In this document: piece by piece, positions 1-10,325 of the stretch
Layout of the letters: each line of letters starts with the position of its first letter
How positions within the stretch are numbered: the first letter of the stretch is position 1
Virus record (IMG/VR): IMGVR_UViG_3300036944_000273
Span: 938 to 64,937 of that record
DNA from: a virus
Lineage: Duplodnaviria > Caudoviricetes
Reading direction: 5' to 3' (one strand)
DNA: 64,000 nt
The notes under the pieces: model-generated
What the model was told of the DNA's origin: nothing
The model's input: only the letters and a program-made list of their open reading frames with translations
The model's database searches: none
Program-made: the position numbers and the translations under genes

Positions 1-494
1 CTTTTATTACAACAGATTCGTCTAATAATTTTTATATTGGTAATCTTGAGCCAAATGATATAATATTTCAAACTAATGGAGCTGCACGTCTTTACCTTAC
101 AGGAGATGGTAAAATGTCTATTCCATATACAACATTAGCATATACAGGTAATATGACTATGTATTGGAACAATAGTACAGGCGTAGTTGGTGTATTAACT
201 TCTTCTCGTAGATTTAAAAAAGATATTGTATCTCTTACATCTGATAAGGCAAAACTTGCTTTAAACTTAAATCCAGTAGAATATACTCGTCTTGAGACAA
301 ATGAAAGAGAGTATGGATTTATTGCAGAAGAAGTAAAAGAAATTGGATTGGGAATGCTAGTTCCAGAAATGGATGGTAAACCAATCACTGTTGACTATGC
401 TAGAATATCTGTTATTGCTATTGCAATGATAAAAGAACAACAAAAAGCCATTCAAGAATTATCTGCCGAAGTACAACTTTTAAAAAATAAATAG
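1..494 (+). CDS. Tail fibre/spike C-terminus with Peptidase S74 intramolecular chaperone (5'-truncated by window)
   Basis: Frame is open from position 3 (FITTDSSNNFYIG...); SSRRFKKDI..LNPVEY..GFIAEEV..VDY followed by a coiled-coil end, typical of S74 chaperones. Confidence 0.85.
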   Translation, partial: FITTDSSNNFYIGNLEPNDIIFQTNGAARLYLTGDGKMSIPYTTLAYTGNMTMYWNNSTGVVGVLTSSRRFKKDIVSLTSDKAKLALNLNPVEYTRLETNEREYGFIAEEVKEIGLGMLVPEMDGKPITVDYARISVIAIAMIKEQQKAIQELSAEVQLLKNK

Positions 495-502
495 TAAATT
501 TG
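495..502 (+). promoter_or_regulatory. Bacteroidota-type -7 promoter box TAAATTTG
   Basis: Matches TAnnTTTG, intergenic, just upstream of ORF 524. Confidence 0.55.
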
Positions 503-523
503 TTTAACTAAATAAAATTAATA

Positions 524-934
524 ATGAAAAAGAAATATGCCGACCTACTAAACTTGGTCCGTTTTATTAACTTCTCTTTACCTCAAGAACAAAATACAGA
601 CTGGTCAAAAGGGCAAAAGAAACTAACAAAAATTGGCGAGCGACTAAAGCCGTACATCGACGATTACAACGAGAAGCGTGATGACATCATGCTTGACAAC
701 GCTCTAGAGATTGATGGTAAGGTTCAAATCAAAGCAGATGGTACCTTTGAGTATAACAAAGAAGGGATCAAACGCAGAGACAAAGCAATCTACAATCTGT
801 TCAACTCCGAGTTTAACTACGAAGTAATCCAAATCCTTAACCCAGACGAGTTAGAAAAATACCACTTCCTTAACGGATGGGTATCTGGCGTAACATTTCC
901 TGAAATTATCACTGAAGAAGAAATAGAATTATAA
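524..934 (+). CDS. Hypothetical protein (possible tail-fibre assembly factor)
   Basis: 136-aa ORF after the fibre gene with an A-rich initiation region. Confidence 0.6.
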   Translation: MKKKYADLLNLVRFINFSLPQEQNTDWSKGQKKLTKIGERLKPYIDDYNEKRDDIMLDNALEIDGKVQIKADGTFEYNKEGIKRRDKAIYNLFNSEFNYEVIQILNPDELEKYHFLNGWVSGVTFPEIITEEEIEL

Positions 935-1191
935 TGGCAAATCTAGAAAAAGAAGAATTAGAGCGTTTGAATAACGCAACCAAATCATTGCGTGAGGCTC
1001 GCAACACAATTGCAGACATTGAAATCTCAACGTACCGCTTAGAGTCTAAGAAGAAAGCTGTCCTATTTAATGCCGAACAAGCTGCCGAGGAGTTGAACAA
1101 CATCCAAGGTGAGCTTCAAGCGAAATACGGCAATGTTCTTATTGACACGCAGACAGGCGAGATTAAAGAAGAGAACCATGATAATTCGTAA
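934..1191 (+). CDS. Coiled-coil hypothetical protein
   Basis: 85 aa, ends KYGNVLIDTQTGEI, a recurring phage motif; stop/start overlap with previous gene. Confidence 0.65.
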   Translation: MANLEKEELERLNNATKSLREARNTIADIEISTYRLESKKKAVLFNAEQAAEELNNIQGELQAKYGNVLIDTQTGEIKEENHDNS

Positions 1192-1396
1192 ATTATCAGT
1201 TGGCGTTGACTATAAGTCATCGATGAATTATATTACCGGTCAGTCAGTTCTGAACGGCAATTATGTTATTCACTTAATTAAGATAACGGATGCTGGATCC
1301 TATCAGATTTTCATTGAACAAAATAAAGAAGTTGTTCTGTGGAAAGAGATAGGTAGCACAGTACCTGTATCGGTCGAGTACAACATAGAATTCTAA
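1178..1396 (+). CDS. Conserved hypothetical phage protein (MIIRKLSVG...)
   Basis: ATG at 1178 is the likely start within ORF 1109-1396; ends VSVEYNIEF. Confidence 0.65.
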   Translation: MIIRKLSVGVDYKSSMNYITGQSVLNGNYVIHLIKITDAGSYQIFIEQNKEVVLWKEIGSTVPVSVEYNIEF

Positions 1397-1400
1397 TCTA

Positions 1401-1985
1401 ATGAAGTCTCCTTTTTATTTTGTCGTCCGATCACGAGACGGCAAACGATACGACAATGAGCGTAACGGAATTATCATTTCTACTTCTAAAGAGGACCACC
1501 TAGCAACAATGCGTGAGGCTGTTGTCATCTCTACTCCTATTGGCTATGAAGGTCCGATAGAGCCAGGTGACATGGTGCTTGTTCATCACAACACTTTCCG
1601 TATCTACTACGACATGCGTGGTAGAGAGAAGTCATCATGGAATTACTTCATGGATGACTTGTTTTTTATTGATGACCCATATGCCTACAAAAAGACGGAC
1701 GGCACGTGGAAAGGAATCGGCAGGTATGTATTTGTTTCTCCCGTTGAGAACGACTACACTGGCATCACTACTGTGGATGCAGAGAAGCCTCTTGTAGGCA
1801 CGATTAAGTTTGCAAATGAAGAAGTACTAAGCCTCGGTATAAACGAGGGCGACACGGTCATATTTGAGCCTGAATCAGAGTACCCTTTTTATGTGGATGG
1901 AGAAAAAGTTTATCGAATGTATACCAAGAATATAACAATCAAATTAAATGAACAAGATAACGGACTTAAAGAAGAGGATAATTGA
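1401..1985 (+). CDS. Tandem GroES-like (Cpn10) co-chaperonin
   Basis: Two GroES-like units: AVVISTP..IEPGDMVLVHH and GTIKF..GINEGDTVIF. Confidence 0.65.
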   Translation: MKSPFYFVVRSRDGKRYDNERNGIIISTSKEDHLATMREAVVISTPIGYEGPIEPGDMVLVHHNTFRIYYDMRGREKSSWNYFMDDLFFIDDPYAYKKTDGTWKGIGRYVFVSPVENDYTGITTVDAEKPLVGTIKFANEEVLSLGINEGDTVIFEPESEYPFYVDGEKVYRMYTKNITIKLNEQDNGLKEEDN

Positions 1986-2229
1986 TTCTGGGTATAAAGC
2001 CGTTGAAGAATTAATTAAGGTTGCAGAAGAGAAGATTGTTACGCATGCTGAGGATGACCTTAGTGCAGACAAGTTAAAGAATGCCGCTCAGGCAAAGAAG
2101 CTCGCCATCATGGATGCGTTCGAGATTCTTAAGCGTGTCGAGGAGGAGAATAACATCATCGAAGGCGTTGTCAATAATCAAGTAAATACAAACAGAGGAT
2201 TTGCAGAGTCTAGAGCTAAGAACAAATGA
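1948..2229 (+). CDS. Putative terminase small subunit
   Basis: Small helical protein directly upstream of and overlapping terL. Confidence 0.5.
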   Translation: MNKITDLKKRIIDSGYKAVEELIKVAEEKIVTHAEDDLSADKLKNAAQAKKLAIMDAFEILKRVEEENNIIEGVVNNQVNTNRGFAESRAKNK

Positions 2230-4439
2230 GTTTACACAAACTTCTTGTTGATGTAATCCCACAGAAAGTTCTTGATAAAAAGAACGCTAAGAATCAGTGG
2301 GAATATGGGTGGGATCCGGAATATGATATGGTTGTCATATCTAAAGATGGAACCGTCGGAGATGTATATGACATACAAGGCTTAAGAGTTGCTTTGCCTA
2401 AGACTCCAAATAAAGTTGACTATAAAGTCAATAAGTGGCAAGCTACTGAACTTCCTAAAGAACTATCCCGTATCAAGACAATCTTTGATTGGAATAGACG
2501 GGACAATTCTTTTAAGAATCAATGGGTTGACTTTATCGAGCAAGAGTTTGATCGACGTGAACTTGGCTATTGGTTTATCAACAATGGCGTAAAGACTTAC
2601 ATTACCGGGCATCACTACATGTATCTTCAGTGGACAAAGACTGATGTGGGTCACCCTGACTTCCGTGAATCAAACAGAATATTCTTTTTATTTTGGGAGG
2701 CATGCCGAGCTGATGCAAGATGCTTTGGTATGTGTTATTTAAAGAACCGTCGTTCCGGATTCTCGTTTATGGCCTCCTCGGTATCTGTTGATATTGCAAC
2801 CCTTGCAAAAGATGCACGTATTGGTATGGTCTCCAAGACTGGACCAGATGCTAAGAAAATGTTTACCGACAAGGTTGTTCCAATTGCAAACAACTATCCA
2901 TTCTTCTTTCAGCCCGTGCGTGATGGTATGACCACGCCAAAGACCGAACTTGCGTTCCGTGTCCCTGCTTCTAAGATTACACGTAAGAACATGGACCAAG
3001 AGCAAGATGAAGAGATAGACGGATTAGATACATCCATTGACTGGCGTAACACAGCAGACAACTCGTACGATGGTGAGAAGCTTCGATTCTTGATTGAGGA
3101 CGAGGCTGCAAAGTTAGAGAAGCCAATGAACATTGAAAATGGTTGGCGTATTCGTAAGACTTGCCTCCGCTTAGGTGCAAGGATTATTGGTAAGTGTATG
3201 ATGGGATCAACATCCAACGCACTTGATAAAGGTGGAGAAAATTATAAAAGATTATATGAAGATTCTGATGTTAGGAAACGCAATAAAAACGGGCAAACGC
3301 TTTCAGGCTTGTATGCTCTTTTTATCCCGATGGAGTATAATTTTGAGGGATATATTGATGAATTTGGCCACGCTGTATTAGAGACTCCTGAGAAACCAAT
3401 TAAGTCGGCTGAGGGAACTTGGATTACCCAAGGCGTTATCGAGTATTGGAACAATGAGGTGTCATCCTTAAAATCAAACCCGGATGCACTCAATGAATTC
3501 TATCGTCAGTTCCCACGTACTGAGTCGCACGCTTTCCGTGATGAGACTAAGTCATCTATCTATAACTTAACCAAAATCTATCAGCAGATAGATTACAACG
3601 ACGGCATGATAGCTGATCGTGTACTAACGAGAGGGTTCTTTCACTGGAAAAATGGTGAGAAGGACACAGAGGTTATTTGGACACCCGACAAGAACGGTCG
3701 GTTCATCGTGTCCTGGATTCCAGATATTGCAATGCGTAATAACTATATAACAAAAAATGGAATCAAATACCCTATTAATGAACACGTTGGTGCGTTTGGA
3801 TGTGACCCTTATGATATTTCGGGTGCTACATTTGGTGGTTCGAACGGTGCTCTTCATGGTCTTACTAAGTTTAATATGGCGAATGCTCCGTCAAATGCGT
3901 TCTTCCTAGAGTACGTTGCTCGTCCACAGACGGCAGAGATATTCTTTGAAGAGGTCCTAATGGCTTGCGTATTCTATGGCATGCCAATACTTGCAGAGAA
4001 TAATAAAGCCCGTCTACTGTATCACTTTAAGAACAGGGGCTACCGTGGATTCTCAATGAACAGACCCGACAAGCATAAGGCTAAGTTGTCTTTTACTGAG
4101 ATTGAGATTGGTGGCATACCATCATCTAGCGAAGATATGAAGCAAGCACACGCTGCAGGTATCGGTACTTACATTGAGAAATATGTAGGGTATGATTTAG
4201 AAGCTACTTACCGAAATCCAGATGAGATTGGTAACATGCCATTCAACAGAACTCTTTTAGATTGGTCTAAATTCAATGTAAACGATAGAACAAAGTTTGA
4301 TGCTTCTATCAGTTCCGGTTTAGCGATTATGGCAAACCAAAAGCATATTTATATGCCTGAGAAAAAAGAGTCAAAAATAAGCATTAAATTTGCAAGATAC
4401 GATAACAGCGGTTCAGCGAGTAGACTGAAAATAATATGA
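2226..4439 (+). CDS. terL: Terminase large subunit
   Basis: Walker A-like LKNRRSGFS, Walker B LIEDEAAK, motif III GSTSN, RNase H-like GCDPYD, AENN, and C-terminal D-ASISS; crAss-like type. Confidence 0.92.
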   Translation: MSLHKLLVDVIPQKVLDKKNAKNQWEYGWDPEYDMVVISKDGTVGDVYDIQGLRVALPKTPNKVDYKVNKWQATELPKELSRIKTIFDWNRRDNSFKNQWVDFIEQEFDRRELGYWFINNGVKTYITGHHYMYLQWTKTDVGHPDFRESNRIFFLFWEACRADARCFGMCYLKNRRSGFSFMASSVSVDIATLAKDARIGMVSKTGPDAKKMFTDKVVPIANNYPFFFQPVRDGMTTPKTELAFRVPASKITRKNMDQEQDEEIDGLDTSIDWRNTADNSYDGEKLRFLIEDEAAKLEKPMNIENGWRIRKTCLRLGARIIGKCMMGSTSNALDKGGENYKRLYEDSDVRKRNKNGQTLSGLYALFIPMEYNFEGYIDEFGHAVLETPEKPIKSAEGTWITQGVIEYWNNEVSSLKSNPDALNEFYRQFPRTESHAFRDETKSSIYNLTKIYQQIDYNDGMIADRVLTRGFFHWKNGEKDTEVIWTPDKNGRFIVSWIPDIAMRNNYITKNGIKYPINEHVGAFGCDPYDISGATFGGSNGALHGLTKFNMANAPSNAFFLEYVARPQTAEIFFEEVLMACVFYGMPILAENNKARLLYHFKNRGYRGFSMNRPDKHKAKLSFTEIEIGGIPSSSEDMKQAHAAGIGTYIEKYVGYDLEATYRNPDEIGNMPFNRTLLDWSKFNVNDRTKFDASISSGLAIMANQKHIYMPEKKESKISIKFARYDNSGSASRLKII

Positions 4440-6865
4440 ACGACCCTTTAATAATGATTAATCCTTCTAGCTTTCCAACGCAACTGGCGACGGATGCAGA
4501 AAAAGCATCAAAAGAATTCGGATTAAAAGTAGGACAGAGTATCATGTGGGAATGGTTTGCCAAGACAGGTAATAACTGTCGCTACTATTCTCAATGGATT
4601 GACTTTCATCGCATTAGATTATATTCTCGTGGAGAGCAACCGATAAGTAAATACAAAGAACAATTCCAAGTAGATGGTGATATGTCACATATCAACCTAG
4701 ACTGGACTCCTGTTCCTATCATCCCTAAGTTTGTTGATATCGTTGTTAACGGGATGAATGACCGTCTTTTTGAGGTTAAGGCATATGCACAAGATGCAAT
4801 GTCTATTGAGAAAAGAAGTAAGCATCAAGAAATGGTTGAATCAAATATGCTTGCCAAGGATGTTCTTATGCAAATTAAAGAGCAGTTTGGTGTAGATACA
4901 TTTGATGTTAACCCTGATGAATTACCTGCAAGTGAAGAAGAATTAAGCCTATACATGCAGCTTAAATATAAGCCTGCTATTGAGATTGCCGAAGAGGTGG
5001 CTATTAATACTATCTTAGATTCAAACCACTACAATGATGTTAGGAAGAGAGTTGATTACGATATCACTACAATTGGTATCGGTATGGTTAAGCATTCATT
5101 TGTACCTGGAACTGGCGTAAGAGTAGAATATGTGGACCCTGCAAATATGGTATATAGTTACACGGAGTCACCAACTTTTGACGACTGTTTCTATTTTGGC
5201 GAAGTTAAGCAAGTACCTATTACTGAACTTATTAAAATCAAACCGAACATTACTAATGAAGAACTTGCAGAAATTCAGCAACTTGGTACAGCTTGGTATA
5301 ATTATTATGGGGTACTTCGCCCTTATCGTAGCGACTTATTTAACAGAGACGTTGTTACTTTGTTGTATTTCAATTATAAGACTGATAAAACGTATGTATA
5401 CAAAAAGAAATACACGGACAACGGAGGATCAAGAGTAATTGAGAAAGACGAGAGCTTCCAAGTTCCAGAAGGAATGGAGGAGCGTTTCGAACGTATTGAG
5501 AAGCGTATCGATGTTTGGTACGAAGGCGTTATGGTTATGGGCTCAAGTTACCTATTGAAATGGGAACTTGCTAAGAACATGGTTCGTCCTAAGTCTGCAT
5601 CTCAGTATGCGTTGCCTCAGTACATTGCTGTTGCTCCACGTATGTACAAAGGAGTTATCGAGTCATTGACTCGTCGTATGATTCCTTTTGCTGACTTAAT
5701 TCAATTAACTCACTTAAAGCTACAACAAGTATTACAGCGTGTTGTGCCAGATGGTGTGTACATTGATGCTGATGGTATCAATGAGGTTGACTTGGGTACA
5801 GGAGCAGCATACAATCCAGAGGATGCATTAAGATTGTATTTCCAAACTGGTAGTGTTATTGGTCGTAGTTCAACTATTGATGGCGACTTTAACCATGGCA
5901 AGATACCAATCCAAGAACTTAATACGAATAGTGGACAAGGTAAGATTACTGCATTGATTAATGCGTACAATCAGTATCTATCTATGATTAGAGATGTAAC
6001 AGGATTGAATGAAGCAAGAGATGCTTCGTCTCCAAACCCTGATGCATTAGTTGGCGTACAGAAACTTGCTGCATTAAACTCTAATACAGCTACCCGCCAT
6101 ATCTTAGAAGGAAGTTTATTTATTACTCGTCGTTTATCTGAGGCGTTGTCATGCCGCGTTGCTGACATCTTAGAATATTCTGATTTCAAAGAGCAGTTTA
6201 CAATGCAGATCGGAAAGTATGCTGTAGGTATTCTTGATGAAATCAAAGACCTATACATGTATGACTTTGGTGTGTTTATTGAAGTGTCTCCAGATGAGGA
6301 TCAGAAAGCACAGCTCGAAGCTAACATTCAGATGGCGTTACAACGTGATCAGATTAGCCTAGAAGATGCTATTGATATCCGTCAGATGAAGAACCTTAAA
6401 CTTGCCAATGAGTTGCTTAAGTTTAAGCGTAAGCAGAAGCAGAAGCAAGACATGGAGCAAGAGCAAGCTAAGATTCAGATGCAAACTCAAGGCAATATCC
6501 AATCTTCTCAAGCATCTGCTCAAGCGGCATTACAGAAGGTTCAAGCAGAAGCTCAAGCTAAAACTCAAATTGCTCAATCACAAATGCAGTTTGATATTCA
6601 ACGCATGCAAGCCGAGGCTCAAATCAAAGAGCAACTTATGAGTGTGGAGTTTAACTACAATATGCAACTAAAAGGCATGGAGGTAGAACAGATTAAGAAT
6701 ATTGACATGGACAAAGAAAAGGCCAAGGACAATAGAACAAAATTACAAGCTACACAGCAATCAAAGTTGATTGAGCAACGTCAAAAAGACCTACCTGCTA
6801 TGAACTTTGAGTCTGATGAAGATTCGTTGGATGGGTTCGATTTAGAGCAGTTCAATCCAAGATAA
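4436..6865 (+). CDS. Portal protein
   Basis: 809 aa following terL; PIIPKFVDIVVNG, IRDVTGLNEARD, Q-rich C-terminal barrel. Confidence 0.88.
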   Translation: MNDPLIMINPSSFPTQLATDAEKASKEFGLKVGQSIMWEWFAKTGNNCRYYSQWIDFHRIRLYSRGEQPISKYKEQFQVDGDMSHINLDWTPVPIIPKFVDIVVNGMNDRLFEVKAYAQDAMSIEKRSKHQEMVESNMLAKDVLMQIKEQFGVDTFDVNPDELPASEEELSLYMQLKYKPAIEIAEEVAINTILDSNHYNDVRKRVDYDITTIGIGMVKHSFVPGTGVRVEYVDPANMVYSYTESPTFDDCFYFGEVKQVPITELIKIKPNITNEELAEIQQLGTAWYNYYGVLRPYRSDLFNRDVVTLLYFNYKTDKTYVYKKKYTDNGGSRVIEKDESFQVPEGMEERFERIEKRIDVWYEGVMVMGSSYLLKWELAKNMVRPKSASQYALPQYIAVAPRMYKGVIESLTRRMIPFADLIQLTHLKLQQVLQRVVPDGVYIDADGINEVDLGTGAAYNPEDALRLYFQTGSVIGRSSTIDGDFNHGKIPIQELNTNSGQGKITALINAYNQYLSMIRDVTGLNEARDASSPNPDALVGVQKLAALNSNTATRHILEGSLFITRRLSEALSCRVADILEYSDFKEQFTMQIGKYAVGILDEIKDLYMYDFGVFIEVSPDEDQKAQLEANIQMALQRDQISLEDAIDIRQMKNLKLANELLKFKRKQKQKQDMEQEQAKIQMQTQGNIQSSQASAQAALQKVQAEAQAKTQIAQSQMQFDIQRMQAEAQIKEQLMSVEFNYNMQLKGMEVEQIKNIDMDKEKAKDNRTKLQATQQSKLIEQRQKDLPAMNFESDEDSLDGFDLEQFNPR

Positions 6866-6875
6866 ATTTATTTAT

Positions 6876-6883
6876 TACTTTTG
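6876..6883 (+). promoter_or_regulatory. Bacteroidota -7 box TACTTTTG
   Basis: TAnnTTTG about 20 nt upstream of the scaffold ATG. Confidence 0.6.
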
Positions 6884-6904
6884 TGCAAATTAAATTAAAT
6901 AATA

Positions 6905-8038
6905 ATGGAAAATTTTCAAGTAAAACTGGTAGACTTTGAAGAGAAGTCTGTCCAAGAAGTAGAAGAAACTCTACTTAAAGTACACGAAGAAAAAACAGGC
7001 ATTCCTCAAATTGAGGAGCAAGAAACTTTAAAAGTAGAAATCCCTGCTGAACCCGACACAGCAGGAGGTTTTAATGGAGATGAGCAATCAAATCCACCAT
7101 CGCCATCATTTGATGACGAAGACGTTCTTTCATATATTAGAAGCAAGTATAATAAAGAAGTCAATTCTATTGACGACTTATTTAAACCAGCTGAAGCACA
7201 ACAGGAATTATTACCTGAAGATGTATCAGCTTTTTTAAAGTTCAAGAAAGAAACAGGTCGTGGGCTAGAAGACTTCTATCGTATTAACAAAGATTTCTCA
7301 ACTGAGAATCCGGAGCGTTTATTAGCTACGTATTTAAAGGAGATTAACCCTGAGTTGGACGACGAGGATATCCAGTATGAAATGGCTGATAAATTTGGCT
7401 ATGATGAAGATTTGGATGACGAGCGTGATATCAAGAAGAAAAAACTTGCATTTAAAAAAGAGCTAACTAAGGCATCGAAGTATTTTGATGAACAGAAGGA
7501 GAAGTATAGAACGCCACTCGAGTCGATTGGCACATCGTCTATCTCTCAAGAAGATCAGCAAGCTTTGGAGTCTTATAAGCAATATGTGAACCAGGCTACT
7601 GCTCAACAGCAGGACCAGGTTAAGAAATCTGAATACTTTGTTCAGAAGACTAATGAATTGTTCAGCAATGAATTTGAAGGTTTCAAGTTCGGAATTGGTG
7701 ATAAAGATTTGTCTTGGAAACCTAGTAATACAGAAGACTTAAAAAACAAGCAGATGGACATATCTAAATTCTTCGGCAACTTTGTTGATGATAACGGATA
7801 TATTAAAGATGCTAAGTCGTATCATAAGACAATGGCGGTTGCAATGAACCCTGACTCTTTTGCAAAGTTCTTTTACGAACAAGGCAAATCTGATGCAATA
7901 GATGATTCTGCAAGGCAGAGCAAGAATATTGACATGGGTAGCGTTCGTACAACAGGACAGCCAATTGACAAAGGAGGATTTAAAGTAACATCATTGGATA
8001 GTGATCACGGCAATAGATTAAAAATTAGAAAACTTTAA
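6905..8038 (+). CDS. Capsid scaffolding protein (putative)
   Basis: Acidic helical protein between portal and capsid; FFYEQGKSDA motif. Confidence 0.7.
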   Translation: MENFQVKLVDFEEKSVQEVEETLLKVHEEKTGIPQIEEQETLKVEIPAEPDTAGGFNGDEQSNPPSPSFDDEDVLSYIRSKYNKEVNSIDDLFKPAEAQQELLPEDVSAFLKFKKETGRGLEDFYRINKDFSTENPERLLATYLKEINPELDDEDIQYEMADKFGYDEDLDDERDIKKKKLAFKKELTKASKYFDEQKEKYRTPLESIGTSSISQEDQQALESYKQYVNQATAQQQDQVKKSEYFVQKTNELFSNEFEGFKFGIGDKDLSWKPSNTEDLKNKQMDISKFFGNFVDDNGYIKDAKSYHKTMAVAMNPDSFAKFFYEQGKSDAIDDSARQSKNIDMGSVRTTGQPIDKGGFKVTSLDSDHGNRLKIRKL

Positions 8039-8058
8039 AAACAAAAACAAATTAAAAA

Positions 8059-9474
8059 ATGGCTGGATCAGTTCAAAGTACCCCAGGCTTTGCTTTACAA
8101 CCGTCAGCGGTAAAAGCTACATTGCCTACAAACTACATTACTAACTTCGACTTCATGAATCAGTATCTTCCAGATACTTACGAGAAGGAATTCGAGCGTT
8201 ATGGTAATCGCTCTATTGCATCTTTCTTACGTTTAGTAGGAGCTGAGATGCCGTCTAACTCTGACTTAATCAAATGGGCAGAGCAAGGACGTTTACACAC
8301 TAAGTACACTAACGTGACTACTGATGGCGTTGTTGGAGACAACACTGCTACTTGGACTGTTAATGATGCTAACGTGACAGTTAACTTCCGTGTTAACCAA
8401 ACTGTATTCTTATCAGCTAACGCTGGGGCTGCTTCTGATCGTGCGGTTATTACTGCAGTTGATGCTGCTAACAACACTTTCGATGTAGCTTACTACTCAG
8501 CTGATGGTCAAGCTATCGCTGCTGCTGCTGCTTCTACTGCTTTCGTTTACGGTTCTGAATTCACTAAGGGTTCTACTGGTATGATTGGTTCTTTGGAATC
8601 TGAAGATGTATTCTTCGAGAACAAGCCTATCATCATCAAGGACAAGTACACTGTATCTGGTTCTGACATGGCTCAAATCGGATGGGTTGAAGTAACTTCT
8701 GAGAATGGTGCTACTGGATACTTATGGTACATCAAATCTGAGCACGAGACTCGTTTACGTTTCGAAGATTACTTAGAGATGTCAATGGTTGAGGGTGTTC
8801 CTGCAGAAGCTGGTTCAGGTGCTTTGACTTACTTGACAGTTGCTGCTTCTCAAGTACAACCTGGTGCTGCTGGTACTGAAGGTTTATTTGATGCAGTTGC
8901 TACTCGTGGTAACGTATGGTCAGGTGGTAACCCATCTACTTTGTCAGACTTCGATTCAATCATTCAACGTCTTGACAAGCAAGGAGCTATCCAAGAGAAC
9001 GTAATTTTCTTGAACCGTCAATTCTCATTCGATATCGATGATATGTTGGCTTCTCAAAACTCTTACGGTGCTAACGGTACTTCTTACGGTTTGTTCGACA
9101 ACGATGAGAACATGGCTTTGAACTTAGGTTTCAAAGGCTTCAAGCGTGGTTATGACTTCTACAAGACTGACTGGAAATACTTGAACGATGCAACTCTTCG
9201 TGGTGGAATCGTAGGTGGAGCTATCAACGGTATCTTGGTACCTGCAGGTTCTACTACAGTTTACGATCAAATCTTAGGTAAAAACGCTAAACGTCCGTTC
9301 TTACACGTTCGTTACCGTGCTTCTGAGACCGAAGATCGTCGTTACAAGACTTGGATCACAGGTTCTGCTGGTGGTGCTCAAACTAGCGACCTAGATGCAA
9401 TGGAGGTTAACTTCTTATCTGAGCGTGCATTATGTACACTTGGTGCGAACAACTTCTTCTTGTTCGAAGCATAG
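8059..9474 (+). CDS. Major capsid protein
   Basis: 471 aa, strong highly-expressed codon bias (ttc/aac/act/ggt), KWAEQGRLH, position after scaffold, followed by a terminator. Confidence 0.88.
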   Translation: MAGSVQSTPGFALQPSAVKATLPTNYITNFDFMNQYLPDTYEKEFERYGNRSIASFLRLVGAEMPSNSDLIKWAEQGRLHTKYTNVTTDGVVGDNTATWTVNDANVTVNFRVNQTVFLSANAGAASDRAVITAVDAANNTFDVAYYSADGQAIAAAAASTAFVYGSEFTKGSTGMIGSLESEDVFFENKPIIIKDKYTVSGSDMAQIGWVEVTSENGATGYLWYIKSEHETRLRFEDYLEMSMVEGVPAEAGSGALTYLTVAASQVQPGAAGTEGLFDAVATRGNVWSGGNPSTLSDFDSIIQRLDKQGAIQENVIFLNRQFSFDIDDMLASQNSYGANGTSYGLFDNDENMALNLGFKGFKRGYDFYKTDWKYLNDATLRGGIVGGAINGILVPAGSTTVYDQILGKNAKRPFLHVRYRASETEDRRYKTWITGSAGGAQTSDLDAMEVNFLSERALCTLGANNFFLFEA

Positions 9475-9483
9475 TAAAATATT

Positions 9484-9516
9484 GGGGAGGAGAAATCCTC
9501 CCCTTATTTATTTTTA
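9484..9516 (+). terminator. Rho-independent terminator
   Basis: GGGGAGGA-GAAA-TCCTCCCC hairpin plus T-rich tail. Confidence 0.85.
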
Positions 9517-9535
9517 AAATTTAAATTATAATCAA

Positions 9536-10279
9536 ATGTCAAAATTAACAATCGAGGACAAGGTCTATGTCCTTAAAAGAAAATCATTCCCAATGTCTTT
9601 GATGTTGTCATCAAAAAACACTTCTCGTAAACCATTATTGTGGTTCGATGAAGAGACAGGACAGAATCGCCCATTGCGTTACGCAACAAATCAGAAGTCC
9701 CCATTTGAAGATGAGCAAGATGGCCACGCTATCTTAGAACCAATTGTCTTTGAAGACGGGTTACTAACTGTACCAAAAAATAATCAAGTATTACAAAAGT
9801 TCTTAGCACTTCACCCAGAAAATGGCGTGATTTACGAAGAGGTAGATACTAAGAGAGATGCATCTGCACAGATTGACTGGATGAACATCCAATTAGATTC
9901 ACAGATTGCAGCTCGTAACTTAGACTTAGCTACTAAAGAAGCTATCGGCCGTATCCTATTAGGTGCTCGTGTTGATAAATTATCTAGCGAAGAATTGAAC
10001 CGTGATATCTTAATGTATGCTCGTAACAATCCAAAAGAATTCTTAGACATGTTAGATGATCCGGAGTTGCGTTTACGTAACATCGCATCTAAATCTTTTC
10101 AAGAAGGCTTATTTGTATTAAAGAACAATAAGAGAGATATCTACTTTAATTTAAATGAGAATAAGAAAAAGCTAATGGGTATCCCATTTGGTGAGGATCA
10201 CGTTAAATTACTGATGGCTTATTTACAAAGTGATGATGGTCTCGAATTGTATAAAATGATCGAGAAGAAATTCAAGTAA
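9536..10279 (+). CDS. Conserved virion-associated hypothetical protein
   Basis: 247 aa directly after capsid gene; LRYATNQKSPF..FEDGLLTV..LQKFL. Confidence 0.65.
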   Translation: MSKLTIEDKVYVLKRKSFPMSLMLSSKNTSRKPLLWFDEETGQNRPLRYATNQKSPFEDEQDGHAILEPIVFEDGLLTVPKNNQVLQKFLALHPENGVIYEEVDTKRDASAQIDWMNIQLDSQIAARNLDLATKEAIGRILLGARVDKLSSEELNRDILMYARNNPKEFLDMLDDPELRLRNIASKSFQEGLFVLKNNKRDIYFNLNENKKKLMGIPFGEDHVKLLMAYLQSDDGLELYKMIEKKFK

Positions 10280-10283
10280 CACT

Positions 10284-10311
10284 AAGGGAGGACAAAAGTC
10301 CTCCTTTTTTT
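10284..10311 (+). terminator. Rho-independent terminator
   Basis: GGAGGAC-AAAA-GTCCTCC plus T-run. Confidence 0.85.
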
Positions 10312-10312
10312 A

Positions 10313-10320
10313 TATCTTTG
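10313..10320 (+). promoter_or_regulatory. Bacteroidota -7 box TATCTTTG
   Basis: Immediately after the terminator and 5 nt before the ATG (near-leaderless). Confidence 0.6.
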
Positions 10321-10325
10321 TCATC

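Noticed and set aside
2226-4439. Intron or intein in the terminase
   Set aside because: Continuous ORF of normal size with no splicing or LAGLIDADG motifs recognised
2389-10083. Numerous short antisense and alternate-frame ORFs within terL, portal and capsid genes
   Set aside because: Expected shadows of long genes, with no initiation context or motifs
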